From the human T2T-CHM13v2.0 reference genome, Homo sapiens, in assembly GCA_009914755.4 (NCBI GenBank), contig CP068257.2:10336001-10400000 (forward strand): 64,000 nucleotides of DNA. Reading direction: 5' to 3'. Made by a program: the position numbers and the translations under genes. Shown here piece by piece: positions 34,598-51,680 of the stretch. The notes beneath the pieces are model-generated. The model made no database searches and was not told the origin of the DNA. It was given only the letters and a program-made list of their open reading frames with translations. Each line of letters opens with the position of its first letter. Within the stretch, counting starts at the first letter, position 1.

Positions 34598-37500
34598 TGG
34601 ATGAATGCACACATCACAAAGAAGATTCTCAGATTGCTTTTGTCTAGATTTTATGTGAAGATATTTCCTTTTCTACCATAGGCCGCAAGGCGCTCCAAAT
34701 ATCCAAAAGTAGATTCTATAAAAAGAGTGTTTCCAAACTGCTCAATCAAAGAAAAGATTCAATTCTGTGAAATGAATGCACACATCACAAAGAAGTTTCT
34801 CAGAATTCTTCTGCCTATTTTTTATGTGATGATATTTCCTTTTCCACCATGTGCCCCAAAGCGCTCCAAATGTTCACTTGCAGATTCGACAAAAAGAGAG
34901 TTTCGAAACTCCTCAATCAAAAGAAATGTTTAACTCCTTGAGTTGAAGGAACACATCACAAAGATGTTTCTCAGATTGCTTCTGTATTGATTTTACGTGA
35001 AGATATTACCTTTTCTGCCATATGCAGCAAAGTACTCAAATGTCCGCTAGCAGAATCTATAAGAAGAGTGTTTCCAAACTGCTGTATCAAAAGATTCAAC
35101 TCGGTGAGATGAACTTACACATAACAAGGAAGTTTCTCAGAATTTTTCTGTCTAGTTTTTATGTGAAAATATTTCCTTTTCCACCATAGTCCTCAAAGCT
35201 CTTCAAATGTCCACTTGCATATTCTACAAAAAGAGAGTCTAAAAATTTCTCAATCAAAAGAAGTATTTAACACTGTGAGATGAATGTACACATCACAAAG
35301 AAGTTTCTCAGAATTCTTCTGTCTAGTATTTATGTGAAGATATTTCCTTTTCCACAATAGGCCTCAAAGCGCTGTAAATGTCCACTTGCAGATTCCACAA
35401 AAAGAGAGTTTCAAAACTATTCAAACAAAAGAAAGGTTTACCTCTGTGTTATGAATGCACACATCACAAAGAACTTTCTCAGATTGCTTCTGTCTAGATT
35501 TTATGTGAAGATACTTCCCTTTCTAACATGGCTGCAAGGTGCTCAAAATGTCCACTTGCATATTCTACAAAAAGACTGTTTCCAAACTGCTCAATCAAAA
35601 GAAAGGTTCAACTCTGTGAGGTAATGCACACATCACAAAGAGGTTTCTCAGAATTCTTCTGTGTAGTATTTATGTGAAGATATTTCCTTTTCCACAGTAG
35701 ATCTCAAAGCTCTGTAAATGTCCACTTGCAGATTCTACAAAAAGAGAGTTTCAAATCAAACTCTGTACAATCAAAAGGTTGTTCAATCAAAAGAAAAAAA
35801 GTTGTTCAATCAAAAGAAAGGTTTACCTCTGTGTTATGAATGCACACATCACAAAGAACTTTCCCAGATTGCTTCGGTCTAGATTTTATGTGAGGATATT
35901 TCCTTTTCTAACACGGGCCACAAGGTGCTCCAAATATCTACGTGCAGAGTCTACAAAAAGAGTGTTTCCAAACTGCTCAATCAAAAGAAAGGCTCTACTC
36001 TGTGAGGTAATGCACACATCGCAAAAAGTTTCTCAGAATTCTTCTGTCTAGTATTTATGTGAAGATATTCCCTTTTCCACAATAGGCCTCAAAGTGCTCT
36101 AAATGTCCACTTCCAGATTCTACAAAAGGAGAGTTTCAAAACTGCTTAGTCAAAAGAAGGGTTTAACTCTATGAGATGAATGCACACATCACAAGGAAGT
36201 TTCTCAGATTGCTTTTGTCTAGATTTTATGTGAAGATATTTCCTTTTCTACCATAGGTCACAAAGCGCTCCAAATGTCCAAAAGTAGATTCTATAAAAAG
36301 AGTGTTTCCAAAGTGCTCAAACAAAGATTCAACTCTGTCAATTGAATGCACACATCACAAAGATGTTTCTCAGAATTCTTCTGCCTAGTGTTTATGTGAA
36401 GATATTTCCTTTTCCACCATGGGCCCCAAAGCATTCCAAATGTCCACTTGCAGATTCTACAAAAAGAGTGTTTCCAAATTGCTGAATCAAAAGAAAGTTT
36501 CAACTCTGTGAGATGAACGCACACATCACAAAGAAGTTTCTCAGAATTCTTCTATCTTGTTTTCATGTAAAGGTATTTCTTTTCAGACCATAGGCCTCAA
36601 AGTGCTCCAAATGTCCACTTGCAGATTCTGCAAAAAGAGATTTTCAAAACTGCTCAATCTAAAGTAAGGTTTAACTCTGTGAGATGAATGTTCTCATCAC
36701 AAAGAAGTTTCTCAGATTGTTTCTGTCTAGATTTTATGTGAAGATATTTCCTTTTCTACCATAGGCTGCAAAGCGCTCCAAATCTCCACTTGCAGATCCT
36801 ACAAAATGAGTGTTTTCAAACTGCTCAATCAAAAGAAATGTTCAACTCTGTGAGATGAACACACACATCACAAAGAAGTTTCTCAGAATTCTTCTGTCTA
36901 GTGTTTATGTGTAGAAATTTCATTTTCCACCATAGGCGTCAAGGCGCTCTAAAAGTCCACATGCAGATTCTACAAAAAAGTATTTCCAAACAGGTCCATC
37001 AAAAGAAAGTTTCAACTCTGGGAGATGAATGCACACATCACTAAGAAGGTCTCAGAATGATTCTATGTAGTTTTTATGTGAAGACATTTCCTTTTCAACC
37101 ATAGGTCTCTAAGCTCTTCAAATTTCCCTTGCAGATTCTCCAAAAATAGTGTTTCACAACTGCTCAATCAAAAGAAAAGTTCAACTCTGTGAGATGAACG
37201 CACCCATCACAAAGTAGTTTCTCAGAATTCTTCTGTCTAGTTTTTATGTGAAGATATTTTCTTTTCCACCATAGGCGTCAAAGCGCTCCAGATGTCGAAT
37301 TGCAGATCCTACAAAAAGAGAGTTTAAAAACTGCTCAATCAAAAGAAAGGTTTAACTCTCTGAGATGCATGCACACATTACAATATAGTTTCTCAGGTTG
37401 CTTCTGTCTAGATTTCATGTGAAGATATTTCCTTTTTCTACCATAGGCTGCAAATCGCTCCAATTGTCCACTTGCAGATTCTAAAAATAGAGTGTTTACA

Positions 37501-40500
37501 AACTGCTTAATCAAAAGAAAGGTACAACTACGTGAGATGAACCCCCACATCACAAAGAAGTTTCTCAGAATTCTTCTGTCTAGATTTATGTGATGATATT
37601 AACTTTCCACCATAGGCATCAAAGTGCTCCAAAAGTTCACTTGCAGATTCTACAAAAAGAGTGTTTCAAAACTGCTCAATCAAAAGAAAAGTTTACCTCT
37701 GTGATATGAATGCCTACATCACCAAGAAGTTTCTCAGACTGCTTCTGTTTAGATTTTATATGAAGATATTTCCTTTTCTACCATAGGCCACAAAGTGCTC
37801 CCAATGTCCACCTGCAGATCCTACATAAAGAGTGTTTCCAAACTGCACCACCAAAAGAAAGGTTCAACTCTGTGAGATGAACGCATACATCACAAAGAAG
37901 TTTCTCTGAATTCTTCTGTCTAGTTTTTATGTGAAGATATTCCCTTTTCTACCATAGGCCTCAAGGTTCTCGAAATATCCACTTGCAGATTCTACAAAAA
38001 GAGTGTTTCAAAACTGCTCAATGAAAAGAAAGGTTCAATCCTGTGAGATGAATGCACACATCGCTAAGAAGTTTTTCAGAATTCTTCTGTCTAGTTTTTA
38101 TGTGAAGATATTTCCTTTTCCACCTTAGTCCTCAAAGCCCTCCAAATGTCCACTTGCAGATTCTACAAAAAGAGAGTTGCAAAACTGCTCAATCAAAAGA
38201 AAGATTTACCTCTGTGAGATTAATGCACACAACACAAAGAAGTTTCTCAGAAATCTTCTGTCTAGTTTTTATGTGAAGATATTTCCTTTTCTACCGCAGG
38301 CCGCAAAGTGCTCCAAATGTCCACTTGTAGATTCTACAAAAAGAGTGTTTCCAAACTACTCAATCAAAAGAAAGGTCCAACTCTGTGAGATAAATGCACA
38401 CATCAGAAAGTATTGTCTCAGAACTCTTCTTTCTAGTTTTTATGTAAAGATATTTCCTTTTCCACCATAGGCCTCAAAGCACTCCAAACGTCCACTTGCA
38501 GATTCTGCAAAAAGAGTTTCAAAACTGCTTAAACAAAAGAATGGTTAAACTCTGTGAGGTGAGTGCACATATCACAAAGAGGTTTCTCAGATTACTTCTG
38601 TCTAGATTTTATGTGAAGATATTTCCTTTTCTACCACAGGCCGCAAAGCGTTCCAAATGTGCACTAGCAGATTCTACAAAAAGAATGTTTCCAAGTTGCT
38701 CAACAAAAGAAAGCTTCAACTCTGTGAGATGAACGCCCACATCATGAAGAAGTTTCTAAGAATTCTTCTGTCTAGTTTTTATGTGGAGATATTTCCTTTC
38801 CCACTATAGGCCTCAAATCGTTCAAAATGTCCACTTGCAGATTCTACAAACAGAGAGTTTCAAAACACCTCAATCAAAAGAAAGGTTTAACTCTCTGAGA
38901 TGAATGCACACATCAGAAAGAAGTTTCTCAGATTTGTTCTGTCTAGATTTTATGTGAAGATATTTCCTTTTCTGCCATAGCCTGCAAATCGCTCCAAGTG
39001 TCTACATGCAGTTTTGAAAAAAAGAGTGTTTCCAAAATGCTCCATCAAAAGACACGTTCAACTCTGAGATGAACGCACACATCACAAAGAAGTTTCTCAG
39101 AATTCTTCTCTCTAGTTTTCATGTGAAGATGTTTCCTTTTCCACAATAGATCTCAAAACGCTCCAAATGTCCACATGCAGATTCTATAAAAAGACAGTTT
39201 CAAAACTAATCTATCAAAAGAAAAGGTTTAACTCTGTCAGATGAATGCACACATCACAAAGAAGATTTTCAGATTGCTTCTGTCTAGATTTTATGTGAAG
39301 ATATTTCCTTTTCTACCATAGGCCGCAAAGTGCTCCTAATGTCCACTTGCAGATCCTACAAAAAGAGTGTTTCCAAACTGCTCAATCAAAAGAAAGATTC
39401 AACTCTGTGAGATGAATGCACACATCACAAAGAAATTGCTCAGATTGCTTCTGTCTAGATTTTATGTGAAGATATTTCCTTTTCTACAATAGGCCACAAA
39501 GCGCACAAAATGTCCACTTGTGGATTCTCAAAAAAGTTTGTTTCCAAACTGCTCAGTCAAAAGAAAGGCTTACCTCTATGAAATGAATGCAGACATCACA
39601 AAGATATTTATCTGTATACATCTGCTTAGTTTTTATGTGAGGATATTTCCTTTTCCACCATAGGCCACAAAGCCCTCCAAATATCCACTTTCAGATTCTA
39701 CAAAAAGAGAATTTCAAAACTCCTCAATCAAAAGAAAGGTTTAGCTCTTTGAGGTGAATGCACACATCACAAAGAAGATTTTCAGGTTGCTTCTGTCAGA
39801 TTTTATGTGAAGATATTAAATTTTCTGCCATTGGCTGCAAATTGCTCCAAATATTCACTTACAAATTATACAAAAAGAGTGTTTCCATACTGCTAAATCA
39901 AAAGAAAGGTTCAACTCTGTGAGACGAATACACATATCACCAAGAAGTTTCTCAGAATTCTTCTGTCTAGTTTTTATGTGAAGATATTTCATTTTCCACC
40001 ACAGGCCTCAAGGCGCTTGAAATGTCCACTTGCAGATTCTAAACAAAGAATGTTTCAAAACTGGTCCATCAATGGAAAGGTTCGTCTCTGGGAGATGATT
40101 GTGCATATCACAAAAACTTTCTCAGAATGCTTCTATCTAGTTTTTATGTGAAGATATTTCCTTTTCCACTATTGGCGTCAAAGCGTCCCAAATGTCATCT
40201 TGCAGATTCAACAAAAGAGAGTTTCAGAACTGCTCAGACAAAAGAGAGAGTTACCTCTGTGAGATGAATGCACACATTACAAAGAAGTTCCTCAGATTGC
40301 TTCTGTCTAGATTTTATGTGAAGATATTTCCTTTTCTAACGTCGGCCGCAAAGTGCTACAAATGTCCTCTTGCAGATCCTTCAAAAAGAGAGTTCAAGAC
40401 TTCTCAATCAAAGGAAAGGTTTAACTCTGTGAGATGAATGCACACATCACAAATAAGTTTCTCAGATTGCTTCTTTCTAGATTTTATGTAAAGATATTTC

Positions 40501-41600
40501 CTTTTCTACTTTAGGCCGCAAAGCGTTCCAAATATCCACTTGCAGATTGTACAAAATAGTGTTTCCAAACTGCTCAATCAAAAGAAAGGTTCAACTCTGT
40601 GAGATGAAGCCACAAATCACAAAGAAGTTTCTCAGAATTCTTCTGTCTAGTTTTTATGTGAAGATATTTCCTTTTCCACCATAGGCCTTTAAGTGCTCCA
40701 AATGCTCACTTGCAGATTCTACAAAAGAGAGTTTCAAAATTGCTCTATCAAAAGAAATTTTTAACTCTGTGAGATGAATGCACACATTACAAAGAAGTTT
40801 CACAGATTGCTTCTGTATAGATTTTATGTGAGGATATTTCTTTTTCTACCATAAGCTAAAAAGTACTCCAAATGTCCACTTGCAGATTCAACAAAAAGAG
40901 TGTTTCCACACTGTTCAATCAAAAAAAGTTTCAACTCAGTGAGATGAATGCACACATCACAAAGAAGTTTCTCAGAATTCTCCTGTGTAGTTTTTAAGTG
41001 AAGATAATTTATATTCCACAAAAGGCCACAGGGCACTCCCATTTTCCACTTGCAGATACTACAAAAAGAGAGTTCCAAATCTGCTCCATCAAGAAAAGAT
41101 CAACTCTGTGAGATGAACGCACACATCACAAAGAAGTTTCTCAGATTGCTTCTTTCTAGATTTTATGTGAAGATATTTCCTTTTCCACCAAAGGCCACAA
41201 AGCGCTCCAAATGTCCACTTGCAGATTCTGCAAAAAGAGTGTTTCAAAACTGCTCTATCAAAAGAAAGATTTCACTCTGTGAGATGAATGCACACATCAC
41301 AAAGAAGTTTCTCAGATTGCTTGTGTCTAGATTTTATGTGAAGATATTTCCTTTTCTACCATAGGCCACAAGGCGCTCCAAATGTCCACTTGCACATTCT
41401 ACAAAAAGAGTGTTTCCAAACTGCTCAATCTAAAGAACGGTTCAACTCTTTGAGATGAACGCACACATCACAAACAGATTTCTCAGATAGTTTCTGTATA
41501 GATTTTATGTGAGAGTATTTCATTTTCTAACATAGGCCACAAAAAGCTCCAAATATCCACTTGCGGATTCTACAAAAAGAGAGTTTCAAAACTGCTCTAT
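34598..41600 (-). repeat. Alpha satellite, dimeric HOR (~340 bp), minus orientation
   Basis: Orientation switches back at 34597/34598 (...ttcacataaaatcta|tggatgaatgcacacatcacaaagaag...). The same two alternating monomer types (cagattgcttctgtctagatttt / cagaattcttctgtctagttttt) run to roughly 41600. Confidence 0.9.
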
Positions 41601-44600
41601 CAAAAGATAGGTTAAAATCTGTGACTTGAATGCACATCTAACAATGAAGTTTCCCAGAAAGCTTCTGTGTAGTTTTTATCTGAAGATATTTCCTTTTCCA
41701 AAATAGACCACAAAGCTTTTCAAATATCCACTTTCAGATTCTACAAAAAGAGTGTTTCCAAATTACTCAGTCAATAGAAAGATTCAACCCTTTGTGATGA
41801 ATGCACTCATCACAAAAACGTTTCCCGGAATGATTCTGTGTTGTTTTTATTTGAAGATATTTCCTTTTCCACTGTAGGCCACAAAGGGCTCCAAATATCC
41901 ACCTACAGATGCTACAAAAAGAGAGATTCAAAACTGCTCAATCAAAAGATAGGTTCAACTCTGTGAGTTGAATGCACACATCACAAAGTGTTTTCTCAGA
42001 ATGCCTCTGTGTAGTTTTTATGTGAAGATATTTCCTTTTCCACAATAGGCCTCAAATCGCTCCAAATATCCAATTGCAGATTCTGCAAAAAGAGAGATTC
42101 TAAACTGCTCAATCAAAAGATAGGTTCAACTCTGTGAGTTGAATGCACACATCACAAGGAAGTTTCTCAGAATGCCTCTGTGTAGTTTTTATGTGAAGAT
42201 ATTTCCTTTTCCACTATAGGCCTCAAAGCACTCCAAATATCCACTTGCTGGTTCTGCAAAAAGAGAGATTCAAAACTGCTCAATCAAAAGATCGGTTTGA
42301 CTCTGTGAGTTGAATGCACACCTCACAAAAAAGTTTCTCAGAATGCTTCTGTGTAGTTTTATTTGAAGATATTTGCTTTTCCACAGTAGGTCTCAGAACG
42401 CTACAAATATCGACTTGCAGATTCTGCAAAAAGAGAGATTCAAAACTGCCCAATCAAAAGATAGGCTCAACTCTGTGTGTTGAATGCACACATAACACAG
42501 TAGTTTCTCAGAATAATTATGTGTAGTTTTTATGTTAAGATATATCCTTTTCCAAAATAGGCCTCAAAGCCCTCCAAATAGCTACTTCGAGATTCTACAA
42601 AAAGAGTGTTTCAAAACTGCTCAATCAAAAGAAACTTTGAACTCTTTGTGATCAATGCACTCATCACAAAGGAGTTCCTCTGAATGCTGCTGTGCAGTTT
42701 TTATTTGAAGATATTTCCTTTTCCCCCATGGGATGCAAGGGCTCCAAATATCCACTTTCAGATTCTACAAAAAGAGAGATTCAAAACTGCTCAATCATAA
42801 GATAGGTTCAAACTTGTGAGCTGAATGTATACATCATAAAGAAGTTTCCCAGAATTCTTCTGTGTAGTATTTATTTGAAGATATTTCCTTTTCCACAATA
42901 GGCCGCAAAGCACTCCAAATATCCACTTGCAGATTCTGCAAAAAGATTGAAAACTGCTCAATCAAAAGAAAGATTCGAGTCTGTGGGTTGAATGCACACC
43001 TCACAAAAAAGTTTCTCAGAATGCTTCTGTGTAGTTTTTATTTGAAGATATTTGCTTTTCCACAGTAGGCCTCAAAGTGCTACAAATATCCACTTGCAGA
43101 TTCTGCAAAAAGAGAGATTGAAAACTGCTCAATCAAAAGATAGGCTCAACTCTGTGTGTTGAATGCACACATAACAAAGGAGTTTCTCAGAATAATTCTG
43201 TGCAGTTTTTATGTTAAGATATATCCTTTCCCAAAATAGGCCTTAAAGCCCTCCAAATAGTTACTTTGAGTTTCTACAAAAAGAGTGTATCAAAACTGCT
43301 CAGTCAAAAGAAACTTTAAACTCTTTGTGATCAATGCAGTCATCACAAAGGCGTTTCTCTGAATGCTTCTGTGTAGTTTGTATTTGAAGATGTTTCCTTT
43401 TCAACCATAGGGTGCAAAGGGCTCCAAATATCCACTTGCATATTCTACAAAAAGAGAGATTGAAAACTGCTCAATCATAAGATAGGTTCAAACGTGTCAC
43501 CTGAATGCACACATCACAAAGAAGTTTCCCAGAATTCTTCCGTGTAGTTTTTATTTGAAGATATTTCCTTTTCCACAATAGGGCACAAAGGTCTCCAAAT
43601 ATTCACTAGCAGATTCTACAAAAGAGAGATTCCAAACGGCTCAATCAAAAGATAGATTCAACTCTGTGAGTTGAATGCACAAATAAAAAAGAAGTTTCTC
43701 AGAATGTCTATGTGTAATTTTTATGTGAAGATATTTTCTTTTCCAAAATTGGCCTCAAAGCCCTCCAAATATCCACTTCCAGATTCTACGAAAAGAGCGT
43801 TTCAAAACTGCTCAATCAAAGGAAACGTTCAACTCTGTGTGATGAATGCGCTCAACACAAAGAAGTTTCTCAGAATGCTTATGTGTAGTTTTTATTTGAA
43901 GATATTTCCTTTTCCAACACAGGGTGCAAAGAGCTCCAAATATCCACTTGCAGATTCTAGAAAAAGAGAGATTCAAAAGTGCTCAATGAAGAGAAAAGTT
44001 CAAATCCGTGAGGTGAATGCACACCTCACAAAGAAGTTTCTCAGAATGCTTCTGTGTAGTTTTTATGTGAAGATATTTCCTTTTCCAAAATAGGACTCAA
44101 AGCTCTCCAAATATCCACTTGCAGATTCTACAAATATAGTGTTTCAAAACTGCTCAATCAAAAGAAAGGTTCATCTCTGTGAAATGAATGCACACATCAA
44201 AAAGAAGTTTCTCAGAATGCTTCCGTGTAGTTTTTATGTGAAGATATTTCCTTTTCCACGGTAGGCCCCAATGTGCTCCAAATATACACTTGCATATTCT
44301 ACAAAAACAGCGTTTCTAAACTGCTCAATCATAAGACAGGTACAACCCAGTGAGGTGAATGCACACATCACGAAGAAGTGTCTCAGAAAGCTTCTGTGTA
44401 GTGTTTATGTGAAGATATTTCCTTTTCCACAATTGTCCTCAAAGTCCTAAAATATGCACTTGCAGATTCTGCAAAAAGAGTGTCTCAAAACTGTTCAGTC
44501 AAAGGAAAGGTTCAAATCTGTGTGATGAATGCACTCACAACAAAGAAGTTTTTCTGAATGCTTCTGTGTAGTATTTATTTGTTGATATTTCCTTTTCTAC

Positions 44601-44742
44601 AATAGGCCTCAAACCGCTCCAAACATTTACTTGCAGATTCCACAAAAAGAGTGTTTCAAAACTGCTCAATCATAAGTTAGGTTCAAACCTGTGATATGAA
44701 TGCACACATCACAAAGAAGTTTCTCAGAATGTTTCAGTGTAG
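41601..44742 (-). repeat. Alpha satellite, divergent monomers including a ~680-bp (4-monomer) repeating unit at ~42230-43600
   Basis: Monomers carry cagaatgcttctgtgtagttttta[t]ttgaag variants. The segment starting ...ccacttgctggttctgcaaaaagagagattcaaaactgctcaatcaaaagatcggtttgactctgtgagttgaatgcacacctcacaaaaaag at ~42240 recurs at ~42920 and the next three monomers repeat as well, giving about 90-95% identity at a 680-bp offset. The domain ends at the L1 insertion site. Confidence 0.85.
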
Positions 44743-44747
44743 TTTTT
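44736..44747. repeat. Target-site duplication (left copy) of the full-length L1: AGTGTAGTTTTT
   Basis: agtgtagttttt lies immediately before the L1 poly-T tail. The identical 12-mer occurs at 50775-50786 immediately after the L1 5' end. Confidence 0.85.
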
Positions 44748-44961
44748 TTTATTATTATTATACTTTAAGTTGTAGGGTACATGTGCACATTGTGCAGGTT
44801 AGTTACATATGTATACATGTGCCATGCTGGTGCGCTGCACCCACTAACTCGTCATCTAGCATTAGGTATATCTCCCAATGCTATCCCTCCCCCCTCCCCC
44901 AACCCCACCACAGTCCCCAGAGTGTGATATTCCCCTTCTTGTGTCCATGTGATCTCATTGT

Positions 44962-48788
<3,827 letters not shown>

Positions 48789-48851
48789 TATGATGTTAGC
48801 TGGTGATTTTGCTCATTAGTTGATGCAGTTTCTTCCTAGTCTCGATGGTCT

Positions 48852-49867
48852 TTACATTTTGGCATGATTTTGCAGCGGCTGGTACCAGTTGTTCCTTTCC
48901 ATGTTTAGCGCTTCCTTCAGGAGCTCTTTTAGGGCAGGCCTGCTGGTCACAAAATCTCTCAGCATTTGCTGGTCTGTAAAGTATTTTATTTCTCCTTTAC
49001 TTATGAAGCTTAGTTTGGCTGGATATGAAATTCTGGGTTGAAAATTATTTTCTTTAAGAATGTTGAATATTGGCCCCCACTCTCTTCTGGCTTGTAGGGT
49101 TTCTGCCGAGAGATCCGCTGTTAGTCTGATGGGCTTCCCTTTGAGGGTAACCCGACCTTTCTCTCTGGCTGCCCTTAACATTTTTTCCTTCATTTCAACT
49201 TTGGTGAATCTGACAATTATGTGTCTTGGAGATGCTCTTCTTGAGGAGTATCTTTTTGGCGTTCTCTGTATTTCATGAATTTGAACGTTGGCCTGCCTTG
49301 CTAGATTGGGGAAGTTCTTCTGGATAATATCCTGCAGAGTGTTTTCCAACTTGGTCCATTCTCCGCATCACTTTCAGGTACACCAATCAGACGTAGATTT
49401 GGTCTTTTCACATAGTCCCATATTTCTTGGAGGCTTTGCTCATTTCTTTTTATCCTTTTTTCTCTAAACTTCCCTTCTCACTTCATTTCATTCATTTCAT
49501 CTTCCATTGCTGATGCCCTTTCTTCCAGTTGATCGCATCGGCTCCTGAGGCTTCTGCATTCTTCACGTAGTTCTCGAGCCTTGGTTTTCAGCTCCATCAG
49601 CTCCTTTAAGCACTTCTCTGTATTGGTTATTCTAGTTATACACTCTTCTAAATTTTTTTCAAAGTTTTCAACTTCTTTGCCTTTGGTTTGAATGTCCTCC
49701 CATAGCTCAGAGTAATTTGATCGTCTGAAGCCTTCTTCTCTCAGCTCATCAAAGTCATTCTCCATCCAGCTTTGTTCCGTTGCTGGTGAGGAACTGCGTT
49801 CCTTTGGAGGAGGAGAGGCGCTCTGCATTTGAGAGTTTCCCGTTTTTCTGTTCTGTTTTTTCCCCAT
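48852..49867 (-). pseudogene. L1 ORF1 remnant, start MGKKQNRKTGNSQMQSASPPPKERSSSPATEQSWMENDFDELREEGFRRSNYSELWEDIQ..., broken into two frames
   Basis: ORF-track pieces 49478-49867(-) and 48852-49349(-) are the ORF1p N- and C-terminal parts, ending ...LQNHAKM. The span is 1016 nt rather than 1017 and the pieces are discontinuous, so the frame is lost in between. Confidence 0.9.
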
Positions 49868-50774
49868 CTTTGTGGTTTTATCTACTTTTGGTCTTTGATG
49901 ATGGTGATGTACAGATGGGTTTTCGGTGTGAATGTCCTTTCTCTTTGTTAGTTTTCCTTCTAACAGACAGGACCCTCAGCTGCAGGTCTGTTGGAATACC
50001 CTGCCGTGTGTGGTGTCAGTGTGCCCCTGCGGGGGGGTGACTCCCAGTTAGGCTGCTCGGGGTTCAGGGGTCAGGGACCCACTTGAGGAGGCAGTCTGCT
50101 GGTTCTCAGATCTCCAGCTGCGTGCTGGGAGAACCACTGCTCTCTTCAAAGCTGTCAGACAGGGACATTTAAGTCTGCAGAGGTTACTGCTGTCTTTTTG
50201 TTTGTCTGTGCCCTGCCCCCAGAGGTGGAGCCTACAGAGGCAGGCAGGCCTCCTTGAGCTGTGGTGGGCTCCACCCAGTTCGAGCTTCCCAGCTGCTTTG
50301 TTTACCTAAGCAAGCCTGGGCAATGGCGGGCGCCCCTACCCCAGCCTCGCTGCCGCCTTGCAGTTTGATCTCAGACTGCTGTGCTAGCAATCGGCGAGAT
50401 TCTGTGGGCGTAGGACCCTCTGAGCCAGGTGTGGGATATAGTCTCGTGGTGCGCCGTTTTTTAAGCCGGTCTGAAAAGCGCAATATTCGGGTGGGAGTGA
50501 CCCGATTTTCCAGGTGCGTCCGTCACCCCTTTCTTTGACTCGGAAAGGGAACTCCCTGACCCCTTGCACTTGCCGAGTGAGGCAGTGCCTCACCCTGCTT
50601 CGGCTCATGAACTGTGCACTGCACCCACTGTCCTGCATCTGCTGTCTGGCACTCCCTAGTGAGATGAACCCAGTACCTCAGATGGAAATGCAGAAATCAC
50701 CCGTCTTCTGCGTCTCTCACGCTGGGAGCTGTAGACTGGAGCTGTTCCTATTCAGCCATCTTGGCTCCTCCTCC
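49868..50774 (-). promoter_or_regulatory. L1 5'UTR (~0.9 kb) with internal sense promoter; 5'-terminal YY1-type motif (gccatcttgg = RC of CCAAGATGGC) intact
   Basis: The sequence between the ORF1 start (49867) and the element's 5' terminus (50774) is L1 5'UTR, and the terminal GGAGGAGGAGCCAAGATGGC motif is present. Promoter activity is assumed from established L1 biology, not observed in this sequence. Confidence 0.6.
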
Positions 50775-50786
50775 AGTGTAGTTTTT
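50775..50786. repeat. Target-site duplication (right copy) of the full-length L1: AGTGTAGTTTTT
   Basis: agtgtagttttt follows the L1 5' terminus directly and matches 44736-44747. Its flank (atttgaagaagatatttcc) continues the interrupted alpha monomer. Confidence 0.85.
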
Positions 50787-51680
50787 ATTTGAAGAAGATA
50801 TTTCCTTTTCCACAACAGGCCTCAAAGCTCTCCAAATATCCACTTGCTGGTTCTGCAAAAAGAGTGCTTCAGAACTGCTCAATAAAAATAAAGGTTCAAC
50901 TCTGTGTGATGAATGCACTCATCACAAACAAGTTTCTCAGAATGCTTCCACGTAGTTTTAATGTGAAGGTATTTCCTTTTCCACAATAGGCCCCACACTC
51001 TACAAATATCCACTAGGTCATTCTTCAAAAAGGATGTTTCAAAACTGCTCAATAAAAAAAAAGGTTCAACTCCGTGTGAGGAATGTATTCATCACAAAGA
51101 AGTTTCTCTGAATGCTTCTGTGTAGTTTTTATATGAAGATATTTCCTTTTACACAATAGGGCACAAAGGGCTCCAAATATCCCCTTACAGATTCTACAAA
51201 AAGAGAGATTCAAAACTGCTCAGTCAAAAGATAGGTTCATCTCTGTGAGTTGAATGCACACATCACAATGAAGTTTCTCAGAATGCTTCTGGGATAGTTT
51301 TTATTTGAGGATATTTCCTTTTACACAATAGGCCTCAAAACTCTCCAAATATCCAATTGGTCTTTCTGCAAAAAGGGTGTTTCAAAACTGCTCAATAAAA
51401 AGAAAGGTTCAACTCTGTGTGAGGAATGCATTCATCACAAAGAAGTTTCTCTGAATGGTTCTGTGTAGTTTTTATTTGAAGATATTTCCTATTCCACCAT
51501 AGGGCACAAAGGGCTCAAAATATCCACTTGCAGATTCTACAAAAAGAGAGATTCAAAAGTGCTCAGTGACAAGATAAGTTCAACTCTGTGAGTTGAATGC
51601 ACAACTCATGAAGAAGTTTCTCAGAATGCTTCTGTGTAGTTTTTATGTGAAGATATTTCCTTTTCCAAAATAGGCCTCAA
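50775..51680 (-). repeat. Alpha satellite (about 5.3 monomers), minus orientation, same divergent family as 41601-44742
   Basis: It resumes the monomer interrupted by the L1 and contains the ccacttgctggttctgcaaaaag monomer variant also seen at ~42240. It ends ...ttttccaaaataggcctcaa at 51680. Confidence 0.9.

Noticed and set aside
50020-50560. The GC-rich segment (ggggggg..., CpG-dense) as a CpG-island promoter of a cellular gene
   Set aside because: It aligns collinearly with the canonical L1 5'UTR in reverse complement, so it is part of the retrotransposon.
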